NCBI GenBank assembly: GCA_947459525.1
Contig: CANHDW010000001.1
Location: forward strand, 3,714-67,713
Length of the DNA stretch: 64,000 nt
Direction: 5' to 3'
Source: Candidatus Caenarcanales bacterium
GTDB lineage: Bacteria; Cyanobacteriota; Vampirovibrionia; LMEP-6097
The number at the start of each line of letters is the position of its first letter. Within the stretch, counting starts at the first letter, position 1. Positions 9,932 to 19,956 of this stretch are shown piece after piece. The notes under the pieces are model-generated. The model ran no database searches. It was not told the origin of the DNA and saw only the letters and a list, made by a program, of their open reading frames with translations. Position numbers and translations under genes: made by a program.

Positions 9932-12900
9932 ATGACTAATGAAACACTTTTACTTATAGACGGTAGCAATCTCGCTTTTAGAATGTTTTTCGCATTAGAA
10001 AGAACCAATCTTAGAAACAAGGATGGTGAGCCAACTTGGGCTATATATGGGACTTTAAAAGCCCTCTTCGATGCGATGGAGATGATCAAACCTACTTCTA
10101 TAGCTGTCGCATTCGACTTACCACAACCTTCTTTTCGCCATGAACTCTATGAAGAATATAAAGCTAACCGCCCAGATGAAATGCCAGATGATTTAAAAGC
10201 ACAATGGGGCTGGATCAAAGAGAGTTTTAAAAGATTGCATATTCCAGTCTTAGAAGAAGCTGGTTTTGAAGCTGATGATCTTATCGGTATATTAACGAAA
10301 GCAGCTGAAAAAGAGGGTATTAAAACCGTCATACTATCTGGTGACAGAGACCTCTTTCAATTAATCAGCGATGATGTTAAAGTAGCAGCGCCACAGCGTG
10401 GCGGGGGCTTAAAGCTCTACAGTCCGCAGGATGTAGTAGAAGAATTAGGCATAAAACCATCGCAGGTAGCTGATTATAAAGGCATAGCTGGGGATAGCTC
10501 TGATAATATACCAGGTGTCAAAGGACTGGGACCTAAGTCAGCTATAAAATTATTAGAAGATTATGGTGACCTTGATAATATTTATCAGAATTTAGAAAAT
10601 ATCATCCCAGCTAAAGTTCAAGAAAAACTAAAAGCCCAAGAAGATTCTGCAAGATTATCAAAGCATCTTGCCACAATCCTTACTGAGGAAATCCATGCAG
10701 GTCAAACAGAAGGATATTTAAAAACAGCTAAGCTTAACCTACCAGATACTGAATCACTGATTGACTTTCTAAAGATCTTTGAATTTCACAGTATTTTAAA
10801 AAAATTACCAGTACTCCTAAAAAGTTTTAATAATGGTGACTTAGTTAAAGTAAGTATAAATATAGACGAGGAATCTACGGATGGCTCTAATAAAGCATTT
10901 GAACAAGTAGATCAAGAAATCAGAAAATTAGAACTCAGTGCCATTATTATAGACAGCGAAGAAAAGCTTAAAGAACTCAGTGATGAACTTAAAAAAGTTA
11001 ATATCTTTGCAATAGACTTAGAAACCACTGGTTTAAATACTCTTAACTGCAAGATAGTCGGCTGGGCGTTTGCCTTTCATAAAGCAGATACTACTGATGA
11101 AAATATTTATTCCTATTACATCCCAGTTAAACAACCTCTTGAAGTAAAAGAGGTAGAAAACCTAAGTGTAAGCCAGGGTTCGTTGTTTACGCAGACTATG
11201 CTTGCGGAGCATGAATCGAGCGAGTCCAAGAACAGCGCAGCAACTTTAACAAAAGAAAACTCTAAATTATTAAGTCACAGCCTAGTTTTAAAATATTTAA
11301 AACCCATTCTAGAAAACAAGAATCAACTACAAATTATCCAAAATGCCAAATTTGAGCACAAATTATTTAAACGCCTTGGCGTCGTAACTCACAGTAATTT
11401 TTTCGATATTATGCTAGCTAGCTACGTGGAAAATCCAAGTAACAAACATGGTCTTAAACAACAGTCTAAAAGAATACTGCATTTAAGAATGAAAGAAATA
11501 GAAGAACTTATCGGCACTGGGCGAAAACAAATAACCCTAGACCAAGTCCCGATGAATGATGTCGCTGATTATGCAGCAGCAGATGCTTTCATCACTTATA
11601 GGCTTTATCTCTACTATCAAAAAACTTTAAATAAAAAACAATTAGAGCTTTTAAAAAATATCGACTTCCCTTTCGTAGAAGTACTTACAGAGATAGAGAA
11701 TACTGGAATAAGCATAGATACTAAATATTTTTCAGAATTATCTATAGAGCTACATCAAAAAATCACGGTGCTAGAAGAAAGCATATTTAAATTATCTGGA
11801 AAGCAATTCAATATAGCTTCACCAAAACAGCTCAGCGAAACACTATTTATTGAACTTGGCATTAAAAATGATGGTAAAAAAAATAAATCTGGTAATTTTT
11901 CCACTGACCAAGATACTCTTGAGAAACTATTAATAGAGGCTGACCTCAACTCTGAACAAAAGACTTTAATACAGAAAATCCTTGAATACCGCTCGCTAAC
12001 CAAACTTACAAGTACCTACGTCGACAACCTACCACAACTTATCGCTAAAGAGACTCAGAGAATACATTCTGACTTTAATCAAGTTCTCACTACTACAGGC
12101 AGGCTCAGCTCTTCTAATCCTAATTTGCAAAACATTCCTATCAAAACAGAACTAGGACGCAAAGTGAGAACAGGTTTCACAACGGCTAATGAAAATAACT
12201 TTATAGTAAGTGCTGATTATTCCCAGATAGAGCTTAGGGTATTAGCTCATTTAGCGAATGAACAAGAATTAATCAGAGCTTTTCAGAATAACGAAGATAT
12301 TCATACTCAAACTGCAATTAAAATAATGGATAAAAAGCCAGAAGAAATTACTGCTGATGATAGGAGAATAGGGAAAACTCTAAACTTTGCTTTAGTTTAT
12401 ATGCAAGGAACTTTCGCTACCGCTCAGCAATTGAATATTACGAATAAAGAAGCGAAATACTTTATAGATAAATATTTTGAAATTTACTCCTCTATAAAAC
12501 CTTTTATGGCAAGCACGCTTGAGTTCGCCCACGAGAATTCATATGTAGAAAATATCTTCGGCAGAAGAAGATATTTTCAGAATATTAACAGTAATAATAA
12601 AATGCTCCAAAAAGAAGAAGAGAGACAAGCCTTTAACACAGTTATTCAAAGTGCTGCGGCTGACATTATGAAACAGGCAATGATAAAAATTAAAGCTAAG
12701 CTTTCTGAAAATATAGAACCTGAACCTCTAAACGATACTGTTTTAAATGCTTCTGAAAGCTTTAATATTCCAAGAATCATACTCCAAGTGCATGACGAGA
12801 TATTAATAGAATGTCAAGAAAAAAATCTTAGTTCAGTCCAAAACATCGTTAAAGACTGCATGGAAAAAGTTGTTCAGCTTAAAGTACCATTATTAGCTAA

Positions 12901-12937
12901 TATCGGTTCTGGTAAGAACTGGCTTGAAGCACATTAA
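9932..12937 (+). CDS. polA: DNA polymerase I
   Basis: 5'-3' exonuclease (LLIDG, YKANR, EADD, GDSSDNIPGV), 3'-5' exonuclease (DLETTG), polymerase (TGRLSSSNPNLQNIP, ADYSQIELR, LQVHDE). Confidence 0.98.
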   Translation: MTNETLLLIDGSNLAFRMFFALERTNLRNKDGEPTWAIYGTLKALFDAMEMIKPTSIAVAFDLPQPSFRHELYEEYKANRPDEMPDDLKAQWGWIKESFKRLHIPVLEEAGFEADDLIGILTKAAEKEGIKTVILSGDRDLFQLISDDVKVAAPQRGGGLKLYSPQDVVEELGIKPSQVADYKGIAGDSSDNIPGVKGLGPKSAIKLLEDYGDLDNIYQNLENIIPAKVQEKLKAQEDSARLSKHLATILTEEIHAGQTEGYLKTAKLNLPDTESLIDFLKIFEFHSILKKLPVLLKSFNNGDLVKVSINIDEESTDGSNKAFEQVDQEIRKLELSAIIIDSEEKLKELSDELKKVNIFAIDLETTGLNTLNCKIVGWAFAFHKADTTDENIYSYYIPVKQPLEVKEVENLSVSQGSLFTQTMLAEHESSESKNSAATLTKENSKLLSHSLVLKYLKPILENKNQLQIIQNAKFEHKLFKRLGVVTHSNFFDIMLASYVENPSNKHGLKQQSKRILHLRMKEIEELIGTGRKQITLDQVPMNDVADYAAADAFITYRLYLYYQKTLNKKQLELLKNIDFPFVEVLTEIENTGISIDTKYFSELSIELHQKITVLEESIFKLSGKQFNIASPKQLSETLFIELGIKNDGKKNKSGNFSTDQDTLEKLLIEADLNSEQKTLIQKILEYRSLTKLTSTYVDNLPQLIAKETQRIHSDFNQVLTTTGRLSSSNPNLQNIPIKTELGRKVRTGFTTANENNFIVSADYSQIELRVLAHLANEQELIRAFQNNEDIHTQTAIKIMDKKPEEITADDRRIGKTLNFALVYMQGTFATAQQLNITNKEAKYFIDKYFEIYSSIKPFMASTLEFAHENSYVENIFGRRRYFQNINSNNKMLQKEEERQAFNTVIQSAAADIMKQAMIKIKAKLSENIEPEPLNDTVLNASESFNIPRIILQVHDEILIECQEKNLSSVQNIVKDCMEKVVQLKVPLLANIGSGKNWLEAH

Positions 12938-12942
12938 GTGAA

Positions 12943-13182
12943 CTAATCACTAGAAATCTCATTAGTCCTTTCTTTAGGAGTAAGTTCATCTGGCTTCCTA
13001 TACGCTACTTCAATAAAACCATCTTCACCCCTGCCCTCTGCATCAACCTTGTTCTCTTCGTCTTCATCAAAACCAAGAACAGCAACTGGATTAAACATAC
13101 TAGCTGGATCCTCAAATGGTCGAGTAACATTATCACCTAAATTAGTAAAAGGGGCAGTAAAAATCTTTCCAATGTCAAACAT
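12943..13182 (-). CDS. Small acidic hypothetical protein
   Basis: 79-aa ORF filling the gap, with GGAG RBS upstream; no recognisable family. Confidence 0.55.
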   Translation of the reverse strand: MFDIGKIFTAPFTNLGDNVTRPFEDPASMFNPVAVLGFDEDEENKVDAEGRGEDGFIEVAYRKPDELTPKERTNEISSD

Positions 13183-13229
13183 ATGTTCTCCTAATCAACT
13201 TTTGTTAGACAGAGCTTTGCATAAAGAGA

Positions 13230-13913
13230 TTAAAAAAGAGTTAAACAATAAAAATCATCTATAACAAAATCTGCCTTCAAAGCTAGTATTTCATCCACTG
13301 GAAGCGTAGAAGTAAGAGCCACCACTCTAGCTCCAGCGTTAAGTCCAGCTAATATCCCAGATTTAGAATCTTCAAAAACCACACATTCTTGAGGCTTAAA
13401 ACCAAGCTCACTTGCGGCTTTTAAATATATTTCTGGATCTGGCTTACTATTTTTAATCATCGTGTCATCTATAACTAAACGAAAATACTTTCTCAGATTA
13501 GCTTTCTCTAAAGTAAATTCCACATTAACTGGTGGGGCAGATGTTCCTATAGCTCTTGGTATATTAAGGCTATCTAAAAGATCTAAAAATTCTATTAATC
13601 CGGGTGCTGGTTTTATAGAATCCAGATAAAGCTCCCTGTAAATAAGTTCTTTTTCTTGAGCATATTCTTCGACTAATTCATCAGTCAAGCCACTATCAAA
13701 TAAATTTAAAAGCCATTCTCTATTCGTTCTGCCATAAATCTTTTCAGCCATATCTTCATCTGTAAGATGAAAACCTTTACTAGAGCAGAATTGTTTTAAT
13801 GCCTTTTTATGAAACTCAGTGTTATAAACAAGAACACCATCCATGTCAAAAATAACGGCTTTAATATCTTTAAAAATTTCCTTAAAGGTCTGGGAATGAT
13901 TAATTGTAGTCAT
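13230..13913 (-). CDS. HAD-superfamily hydrolase (beta-phosphoglucomutase-like)
   Basis: IFDMDGVL, KPDPEIY, VFEDS. Confidence 0.9.
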   Translation of the reverse strand: MTTINHSQTFKEIFKDIKAVIFDMDGVLVYNTEFHKKALKQFCSSKGFHLTDEDMAEKIYGRTNREWLLNLFDSGLTDELVEEYAQEKELIYRELYLDSIKPAPGLIEFLDLLDSLNIPRAIGTSAPPVNVEFTLEKANLRKYFRLVIDDTMIKNSKPDPEIYLKAASELGFKPQECVVFEDSKSGILAGLNAGARVVALTSTLPVDEILALKADFVIDDFYCLTLF

Positions 13914-13935
13914 ATGGGAAAATAATAACTAATGC

Positions 13936-14718
13936 ATGATTAAAAAAGTAAAAGTTTTAAATAAAGACGAATGCGAAAATATTTTCAGAATTATACTTGA
14001 GCTAAAAAGCTTTTGGAAATTAAGAAACGAAGATGATCACCCATTCGAGCTACCTAGATTTACTTTAGGAGCAGTTAGTTATATAGATGCCGTAAGCTCC
14101 TACCATAATTATCAAGAAGAAGCTGCTCTGCAGAACCCTTTACTAGAAAAGCACTTAGGAAATTTATATATAAAAGTCTTACATGAATTAGAAAAAGCTA
14201 CTGGAATAGAGTGTGAATATTCTAAGACTAATGCTCTACCAGGGTTTCACATATTCGGTAGTGATATTTATTTCGAAGAAGAAGCTGGTAAATTTCACCA
14301 TGATAGACAGAATGAATTAATTGACTGGGGAGAAATAAGCTATGACCCGATAAAAAATCTCAGCTTTACCTTATCCATAAAGCTTCCTAACAGAGGAGCT
14401 GGATTAATATTACTAGGTGATCAAGTAGAAGTCGGGGACTTTTTAAAAGAAAATGAAGAAGACAGTCAAATTCTACAAGAAGTAATCGAAAATAGCTTTC
14501 AGATGAATACTATTTTTCAAACAAGAGATGATACGCATATAAATTTAAACGAGCTTGAATTGATTGAATATGAAGAAGGTTATATGTTTATCCACTCTGG
14601 TAAATTTACACATGCGATGGCTCCAGCGATAGAAATGTCTCCAGAAGATATGAGAATTACACTGCAAGGCCATGGGATTTTAGATGAAAAAAGTAATAAA
14701 TACTTAATTTACTGGTGA
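13936..14718 (+). CDS. Putative 2OG-Fe(II) oxygenase-fold protein
   Basis: HxD (FHHDR), distal His (THAMAP) and RITLQGHG; LPGFHIF. Confidence 0.55.
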   Translation: MIKKVKVLNKDECENIFRIILELKSFWKLRNEDDHPFELPRFTLGAVSYIDAVSSYHNYQEEAALQNPLLEKHLGNLYIKVLHELEKATGIECEYSKTNALPGFHIFGSDIYFEEEAGKFHHDRQNELIDWGEISYDPIKNLSFTLSIKLPNRGAGLILLGDQVEVGDFLKENEEDSQILQEVIENSFQMNTIFQTRDDTHINLNELELIEYEEGYMFIHSGKFTHAMAPAIEMSPEDMRITLQGHGILDEKSNKYLIYW

Positions 14719-14737
14719 GCTATAATTTTAAGCTCAG

Positions 14738-17599
14738 ATGTTTCAAAGCTTCCTAAAATTACTTAGAGGTAATCCCAACCAACAGATATTAAATGGTATT
14801 CAACCAATAGTCGAAAAAGTTAATGCTTTTGAAGAAAATATATCTAAATTAAGTGATACTGAACTGCAAGCCAAAACTGATGAATTTAAAATTAAAATTC
14901 AGGAAAAAATCAGTGCAACTCCTTTTCAAAAACTTATAGAAGACGATGTACCTAAATTACCTGGACAGTTAAGAACCACTCATGATAAAGCTCTATCAGA
15001 AATATTAGAAGAGTTATTACCAGAGGCTTTTGCCGTATGCAGAGAAGCTTCTAAAAGAATTCTTAAAATGAGGCACTATGATGTTCAGCTCATAGGTGGT
15101 GTTCAGTTACACAGAACAGGCATAGCTGAAATGCAGACTGGGGAAGGGAAAACGTTAGTATGTACTTTACCTGCTTATTTAAATGCTCTTAGTGGTAGAG
15201 GTGTTCATATTATTACAGTAAATGATTACCTTGCTAAACGTGATTCTGAGTGGATGGGTAAGCTTTTTAATTTTCTAGGATTAAGTGTAGGACTTATAGT
15301 TTCAGGAAAAAATTCTAAAGATAGGCAGATAGCTTATAGGTCAGATATTACTTATGGAACTAATAACGAATTCGGTTTCGATTATCTTAGAGATAATATG
15401 GCAAGCGACATTACAGAATGTGTTCAAAAAGATTATTACATGGCGATAGTCGATGAAGTCGATAGTATTTTAATTGATGAAGCTCGCACACCACTTATTA
15501 TCAGTGGCATGCCAGACAGACGCAAAAAAGAAATCTACTTAGCGATGAATCAGTTATCCAAGCAGCTTAAAAAAACCACTAATGAAAAAGATCTTAGTGC
15601 AGAAGCTCATTACTTCGTAGATGAAAAAGCTAAAAATGCGATATTAACTGAAGCTGGAATTTTAAGAGCAGAGGAGTTACTAAAAGTAAATAACCTATGG
15701 GACCCGGAAACCAATCTAGCTCACCATCTTATACAGGCTTTAAGAGCAAAAGAATTATTCGTTAAAGATACTGACTACATAGTACAAGTTAATCCTAAAA
15801 CTACCAAAAAAGAAGTCGTTATAGTCGATGAATTCACTGGCAGATTAATGGAAGGAAGACGCTGGGGTGATGGTCTCCATCAAGCAGTAGAAGCAAAAGA
15901 AAATGTAGCGATTCAAGAAGAAACGCTTACCATGGCAAGCATCACTTTCCAAAACCTTTTCAGACTATACCCTAAGCTAGCTGGTATGACTGGTACAGCT
16001 AGCACAGAAGCTGAAGAATTTAAAAAAATCTATAACCTTCATGTACTCACTATTCCAACAAATAGAGAATGTGCTCGTAAAAACTTAAACGATATAGTTT
16101 TAAAAACAGAGCTAGCTAAATTTTATTCAATTTTAGTGGAAATCATTGAAGCCTATAAGGTGGAAAGACCTACTCTAGTGGGAACTACTAGTATAGAAAA
16201 ATCTGAATTACTTGCAAGTATGCTAGATAGACCACTGTATGCGATGCAGATTCTTGAGACTAGAATTAAAAGATTTTTAAATCTCGCGAAAAATAAAAAC
16301 AAAGAAAACCTTATAGATAAAGAGTTCTTAAAACTACTTGATAAACCAGGGAATATTACACTAGAAAAGGTTTCACCATATACAGTAAAACTCAGAGAGG
16401 ATTTTCACGGTGAAGAGCTGAGTTTCGCTTTAGATACGATGTTGCAAGCCATTATGGTAGCTGAAGAGATTAAAAAAGGTATTAAGTTTTCTGTACTCAA
16501 CGCTAAACACCATGAAAAAGAAGCTGAGATTATTAGACAGGCTGGCAAACTTTCAGCTATTACTATAGCTACTAACATGGCTGGAAGAGGAACTGACATT
16601 ATACTAGGTGGTTATAAATCTAATGATCACGAGAGCCCAGACTTTAATGTAGTTAATTTAGAAGCCCAAGAAAAAGTGAAAAAACTTGGTGGGCTATATG
16701 TCATAGGTACGGAGAGGCACGAAAGCAGGAGAATAGATAATCAGCTCAGAGGCAGATGTGCAAGACAGGGCGATCTCGGTTCATCAAGATTCTTTTTATC
16801 ACTAGAGGATAATTTAATGAGAATCTTTGGTGGAGAGAGAATGATAGGCATAATGAACATGATGAAAGCTGATGATGATATGCCGATAGAAGCTGGAATT
16901 ATAACTGAAGCCATAAATAATTCACAGAAAAAAGTAGAATCTTATAACTTCGATGTCAGAAAGCATGTTTTACAGTACGATGACGTAGTAAATACACAGA
17001 GAGAAGTCGTTTACAGAGAGAGAAGAAAAATTCTTGAAGGTGCTGATATTCATGAAAATATTTTAAAAATGATTAAACTGCATATAGAGAATGATTTATA
17101 TCAGTACATTAATCCTAAACTCCCAACAGAATTATGGTTTGATAACTCTAATGGCGAACTAAGTTCAATGGATAAATTAACTGAACAATTAAAAAATGAC
17201 CTTGGTGAGAATATCCTAGATAACATAAAAATTAAAGATTTAGCCGAACAGGGCTTCGATGCATTAGAAGCTGGTTTACAAGAGACCGCTCTAAAAGCTT
17301 ACAGTGAAAAGGAAAATGTTATAGGACTTGATAACCTTAAAGAAGCTGAAAGACAGATCATGCTGCATGTTATAGACTCTAAATGGGTTATGCACTTGCA
17401 GGCGATGGATTCACTTAAAGAAGGTATTCACCTTCAAGGCTATGGTCAGAAAGATCCTTTAATCGAATATAAGAAAGAAAGCTTTGATATGTTTGAAGAC
17501 CTGCTACTTGATATTAAGAAGAACACTGTCAGCCTGCTATTCCATTCCCGCATAGTCGAAAAAGATCAGCACGAACATGAGCATGAAACAGCAGCTTAA
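14738..17599 (+). CDS. secA: Preprotein translocase ATPase SecA
   Basis: MQTGEGKTL, TVNDYLAKRD, DEVDSILIDEARTPLIIS, ATNMAGRGTDI, RRIDNQLRGR. Confidence 0.98.
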   Translation: MFQSFLKLLRGNPNQQILNGIQPIVEKVNAFEENISKLSDTELQAKTDEFKIKIQEKISATPFQKLIEDDVPKLPGQLRTTHDKALSEILEELLPEAFAVCREASKRILKMRHYDVQLIGGVQLHRTGIAEMQTGEGKTLVCTLPAYLNALSGRGVHIITVNDYLAKRDSEWMGKLFNFLGLSVGLIVSGKNSKDRQIAYRSDITYGTNNEFGFDYLRDNMASDITECVQKDYYMAIVDEVDSILIDEARTPLIISGMPDRRKKEIYLAMNQLSKQLKKTTNEKDLSAEAHYFVDEKAKNAILTEAGILRAEELLKVNNLWDPETNLAHHLIQALRAKELFVKDTDYIVQVNPKTTKKEVVIVDEFTGRLMEGRRWGDGLHQAVEAKENVAIQEETLTMASITFQNLFRLYPKLAGMTGTASTEAEEFKKIYNLHVLTIPTNRECARKNLNDIVLKTELAKFYSILVEIIEAYKVERPTLVGTTSIEKSELLASMLDRPLYAMQILETRIKRFLNLAKNKNKENLIDKEFLKLLDKPGNITLEKVSPYTVKLREDFHGEELSFALDTMLQAIMVAEEIKKGIKFSVLNAKHHEKEAEIIRQAGKLSAITIATNMAGRGTDIILGGYKSNDHESPDFNVVNLEAQEKVKKLGGLYVIGTERHESRRIDNQLRGRCARQGDLGSSRFFLSLEDNLMRIFGGERMIGIMNMMKADDDMPIEAGIITEAINNSQKKVESYNFDVRKHVLQYDDVVNTQREVVYRERRKILEGADIHENILKMIKLHIENDLYQYINPKLPTELWFDNSNGELSSMDKLTEQLKNDLGENILDNIKIKDLAEQGFDALEAGLQETALKAYSEKENVIGLDNLKEAERQIMLHVIDSKWVMHLQAMDSLKEGIHLQGYGQKDPLIEYKKESFDMFEDLLLDIKKNTVSLLFHSRIVEKDQHEHEHETAA

Positions 17600-19136
17600 T
17601 TTAAGCGAAGAAGAATTTATCACTAAAGCTAGGGCTGGTGAAAAAATTATCAGTAATTTTGCTTGCCTGCTCTCAGACTTAGACACACCAGTTTCAACTT
17701 ATGCTAAATTAAGTCAGCACTTTAAAGACTGTTTTTTGTTCGAATCAGTACTTGGTGGTGAAAAGCTTGGTAGATATTCATTTATCGGTGCAAATGCACT
17801 AAATAAATTCTCTTCATTCAAAACAGATGATTTTAGTCCTTATGATGAAATTGAAAATTTATTAGCGAATTATAGTTACCAAAACCAAAACCTGAACATC
17901 CAAGACACTGTCACTCACGATATTTCACAAGAGTTAAAATTTTTCCATAAAGGCTTCGTCGGTTTCTTTTCTTTTGAGTCGATAGAAAGGATAGAACCTA
18001 GCTTAGATTTAAAAGAAAGCCCTCTTCCTGAGTATTTTCTCTATTTAGCAGGCAGTTTAATAGTCTTCGATCATGTCGAACAAAAACTCTACATCATCTC
18101 AAATTCGCTCATAGAGAGCTTAGAGACTGAATATCTAAAAAATACTTATCAGAAAAATACTGAAGATATAAACCAACTGATCACAATCATCTCTGAAGAA
18201 CATACTTTAGAGAAAATTAATGACACTTCTAGTAAAAATACTAAAGAGAAAGAGCTGGAAATCAGAAAATTTAAATCCAATAGCTCAGAAAAAGCTTTTA
18301 GAGAAATGGTTAAAAAGGCACAGGAACACATTCTCGAAGGAGATATCTTCCAAGTCGTGCTTTCACAGAGATTTTTCCTCGAAGCTGAGTTAGACCCACT
18401 CACGACTTATCGCTTACTCAGGAGTCTTAACCCCTCACCATACCTTTATCTCTTCAATGTAGATCTCAGCCACTTAGATAAAGAGAGTTTCAGTATAGTA
18501 GGTTCTTCGCCAGAGATGTTAATTAAATCAGAGATTCTCGAAAATGAAAATGGTGAAAGTGAAATATGGGCAGAACTTAGACCTATCGCTGGTACCTACA
18601 AAAGAGGAAAAAACGCCAACGAGGATAAAATACTCACTGAAAAACTTTTAAAAGATACTAAAGAAATAGCAGAGCATGTGATGCTAGTAGATCTTGGTCG
18701 AAATGATCTAGGCAGGGTCTGTGAAAACGGCACTATTCATTTGGCTGAAAACATGGTAGTAGAGAAGTATTCACACGTATTACACATAGTCAGCTCAGTG
18801 AAAGGGAAACTTAAAAAGACGATTAACAGCATAGCCTTACTTAAAGCCTGCTTCCCAGCAGGCACGCTTACTGGTGCCCCTAAAATTGAGGCGATTAAAA
18901 TCATTTCTAAATTAGAGAATGAAGCCCGCGGCCCCTATGGTGGCTGCATCGGCTATATTAATTTAGATGGCACTATAAATGTAGCGATTATGATAAGAAC
19001 TATTATCCTTGAAAAGCATCAAGCTTCTATACAATGTGGCGCTGGCATAGTCGCAGACTCTTCTCCTGAATCTGAATATCAAGAAACTTTTAATAAGGCA
19101 AGAGCCTTAATGGAAGTATTATCAGCCTCGGCTTAA
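17577..19136 (+). CDS. trpE: Anthranilate synthase component I
   Basis: LFESV..GEKLGRYS, NPSPY, GSSPE, PIAGT, AEHVMLVDLGRND, PAGTLTGAPK. Confidence 0.93.
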   Translation: MSMKQQLNLSEEEFITKARAGEKIISNFACLLSDLDTPVSTYAKLSQHFKDCFLFESVLGGEKLGRYSFIGANALNKFSSFKTDDFSPYDEIENLLANYSYQNQNLNIQDTVTHDISQELKFFHKGFVGFFSFESIERIEPSLDLKESPLPEYFLYLAGSLIVFDHVEQKLYIISNSLIESLETEYLKNTYQKNTEDINQLITIISEEHTLEKINDTSSKNTKEKELEIRKFKSNSSEKAFREMVKKAQEHILEGDIFQVVLSQRFFLEAELDPLTTYRLLRSLNPSPYLYLFNVDLSHLDKESFSIVGSSPEMLIKSEILENENGESEIWAELRPIAGTYKRGKNANEDKILTEKLLKDTKEIAEHVMLVDLGRNDLGRVCENGTIHLAENMVVEKYSHVLHIVSSVKGKLKKTINSIALLKACFPAGTLTGAPKIEAIKIISKLENEARGPYGGCIGYINLDGTINVAIMIRTIILEKHQASIQCGAGIVADSSPESEYQETFNKARALMEVLSASA

Positions 19137-19933
19137 ATTAAACCTAGCTTAGTGAACAACACTACAGCAGCAGTCTCAGCCCGAAGAATTCTCTTTCCAA
19201 GACTAATGCCTTTAAAGTCTGTCTTTTCTAAAGCCTCTACTTCTTCTATACTCAAACCACCTTCTGGTCCAATTAAAAGAGAAACTTTTTTCATATCCTT
19301 AGACCCTCCTTGTTTAATCTCAGCTTTCTCCCTTGGACCTTCACTCAAAGAAAGCCTCTCTGAGGCAAAAAGCTTAATAGTGTCTTTATCGATTTTCTGA
19401 TTCAATCTAATTAAATCTTCAAAGCCAATAACTGGATTTAATTTCGCAAATACAGATCCTTCACACTGTTCAGTCGCCGACTCAATAATTTTCAAAATTC
19501 TTTCTTGATATGAGTGTTCCTTAAGTTTCCTTAAATATTTCTTCTGACTAAACTTAAAAAATACTGGAGTAAATTCCTGAACTCCTAGCTCACAGAGTTT
19601 TCTTAACATTAATTCAAAATTTTCATTTTTAATAATCGGCACATAAAAGTTCACATAAGTATCAAGCTCTCTAGGACTCTGTTTTATATCTACTATTTCA
19701 AAATCTATTTTTTTTAATATTTTACTACCGATTTCAGTAAGCAACCTTACTTCATAAACATTACGAGAAAAACCATCTATCAGCTCAATCTTATTATGAC
19801 CTTCATCTTCTGGGTATCTTAAAACTTTAATAAGTTGATGAATTAAATTTTGTTTTTTGGTGGTTATAATCTTATTAGATGCATCAATGAGATCGTCTTC
19901 TTTGTTTATCGCGAATCTGTAAGATCTGACCAT
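19133..19933 (-). CDS. rsmE: 16S rRNA m3U1498 methyltransferase
   Basis: KLCELGV, ATEQC, IGPEGGLS, LGKRILRAETA; start ATG 19933 or TTG 19942. Confidence 0.92.
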   Translation of the reverse strand: MVRSYRFAINKEDDLIDASNKIITTKKQNLIHQLIKVLRYPEDEGHNKIELIDGFSRNVYEVRLLTEIGSKILKKIDFEIVDIKQSPRELDTYVNFYVPIIKNENFELMLRKLCELGVQEFTPVFFKFSQKKYLRKLKEHSYQERILKIIESATEQCEGSVFAKLNPVIGFEDLIRLNQKIDKDTIKLFASERLSLSEGPREKAEIKQGGSKDMKKVSLLIGPEGGLSIEEVEALEKTDFKGISLGKRILRAETAAVVLFTKLGLI

Positions 19934-19956
19934 AATAACCAAAAAATTATATTACT

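Noticed and set aside
19290..19360. RsmE insert (EGPREKAEIKQGGSK) as a copy of the palindromic element
   Set aside because: Only weak peptide and DNA resemblance; not supportable by eye
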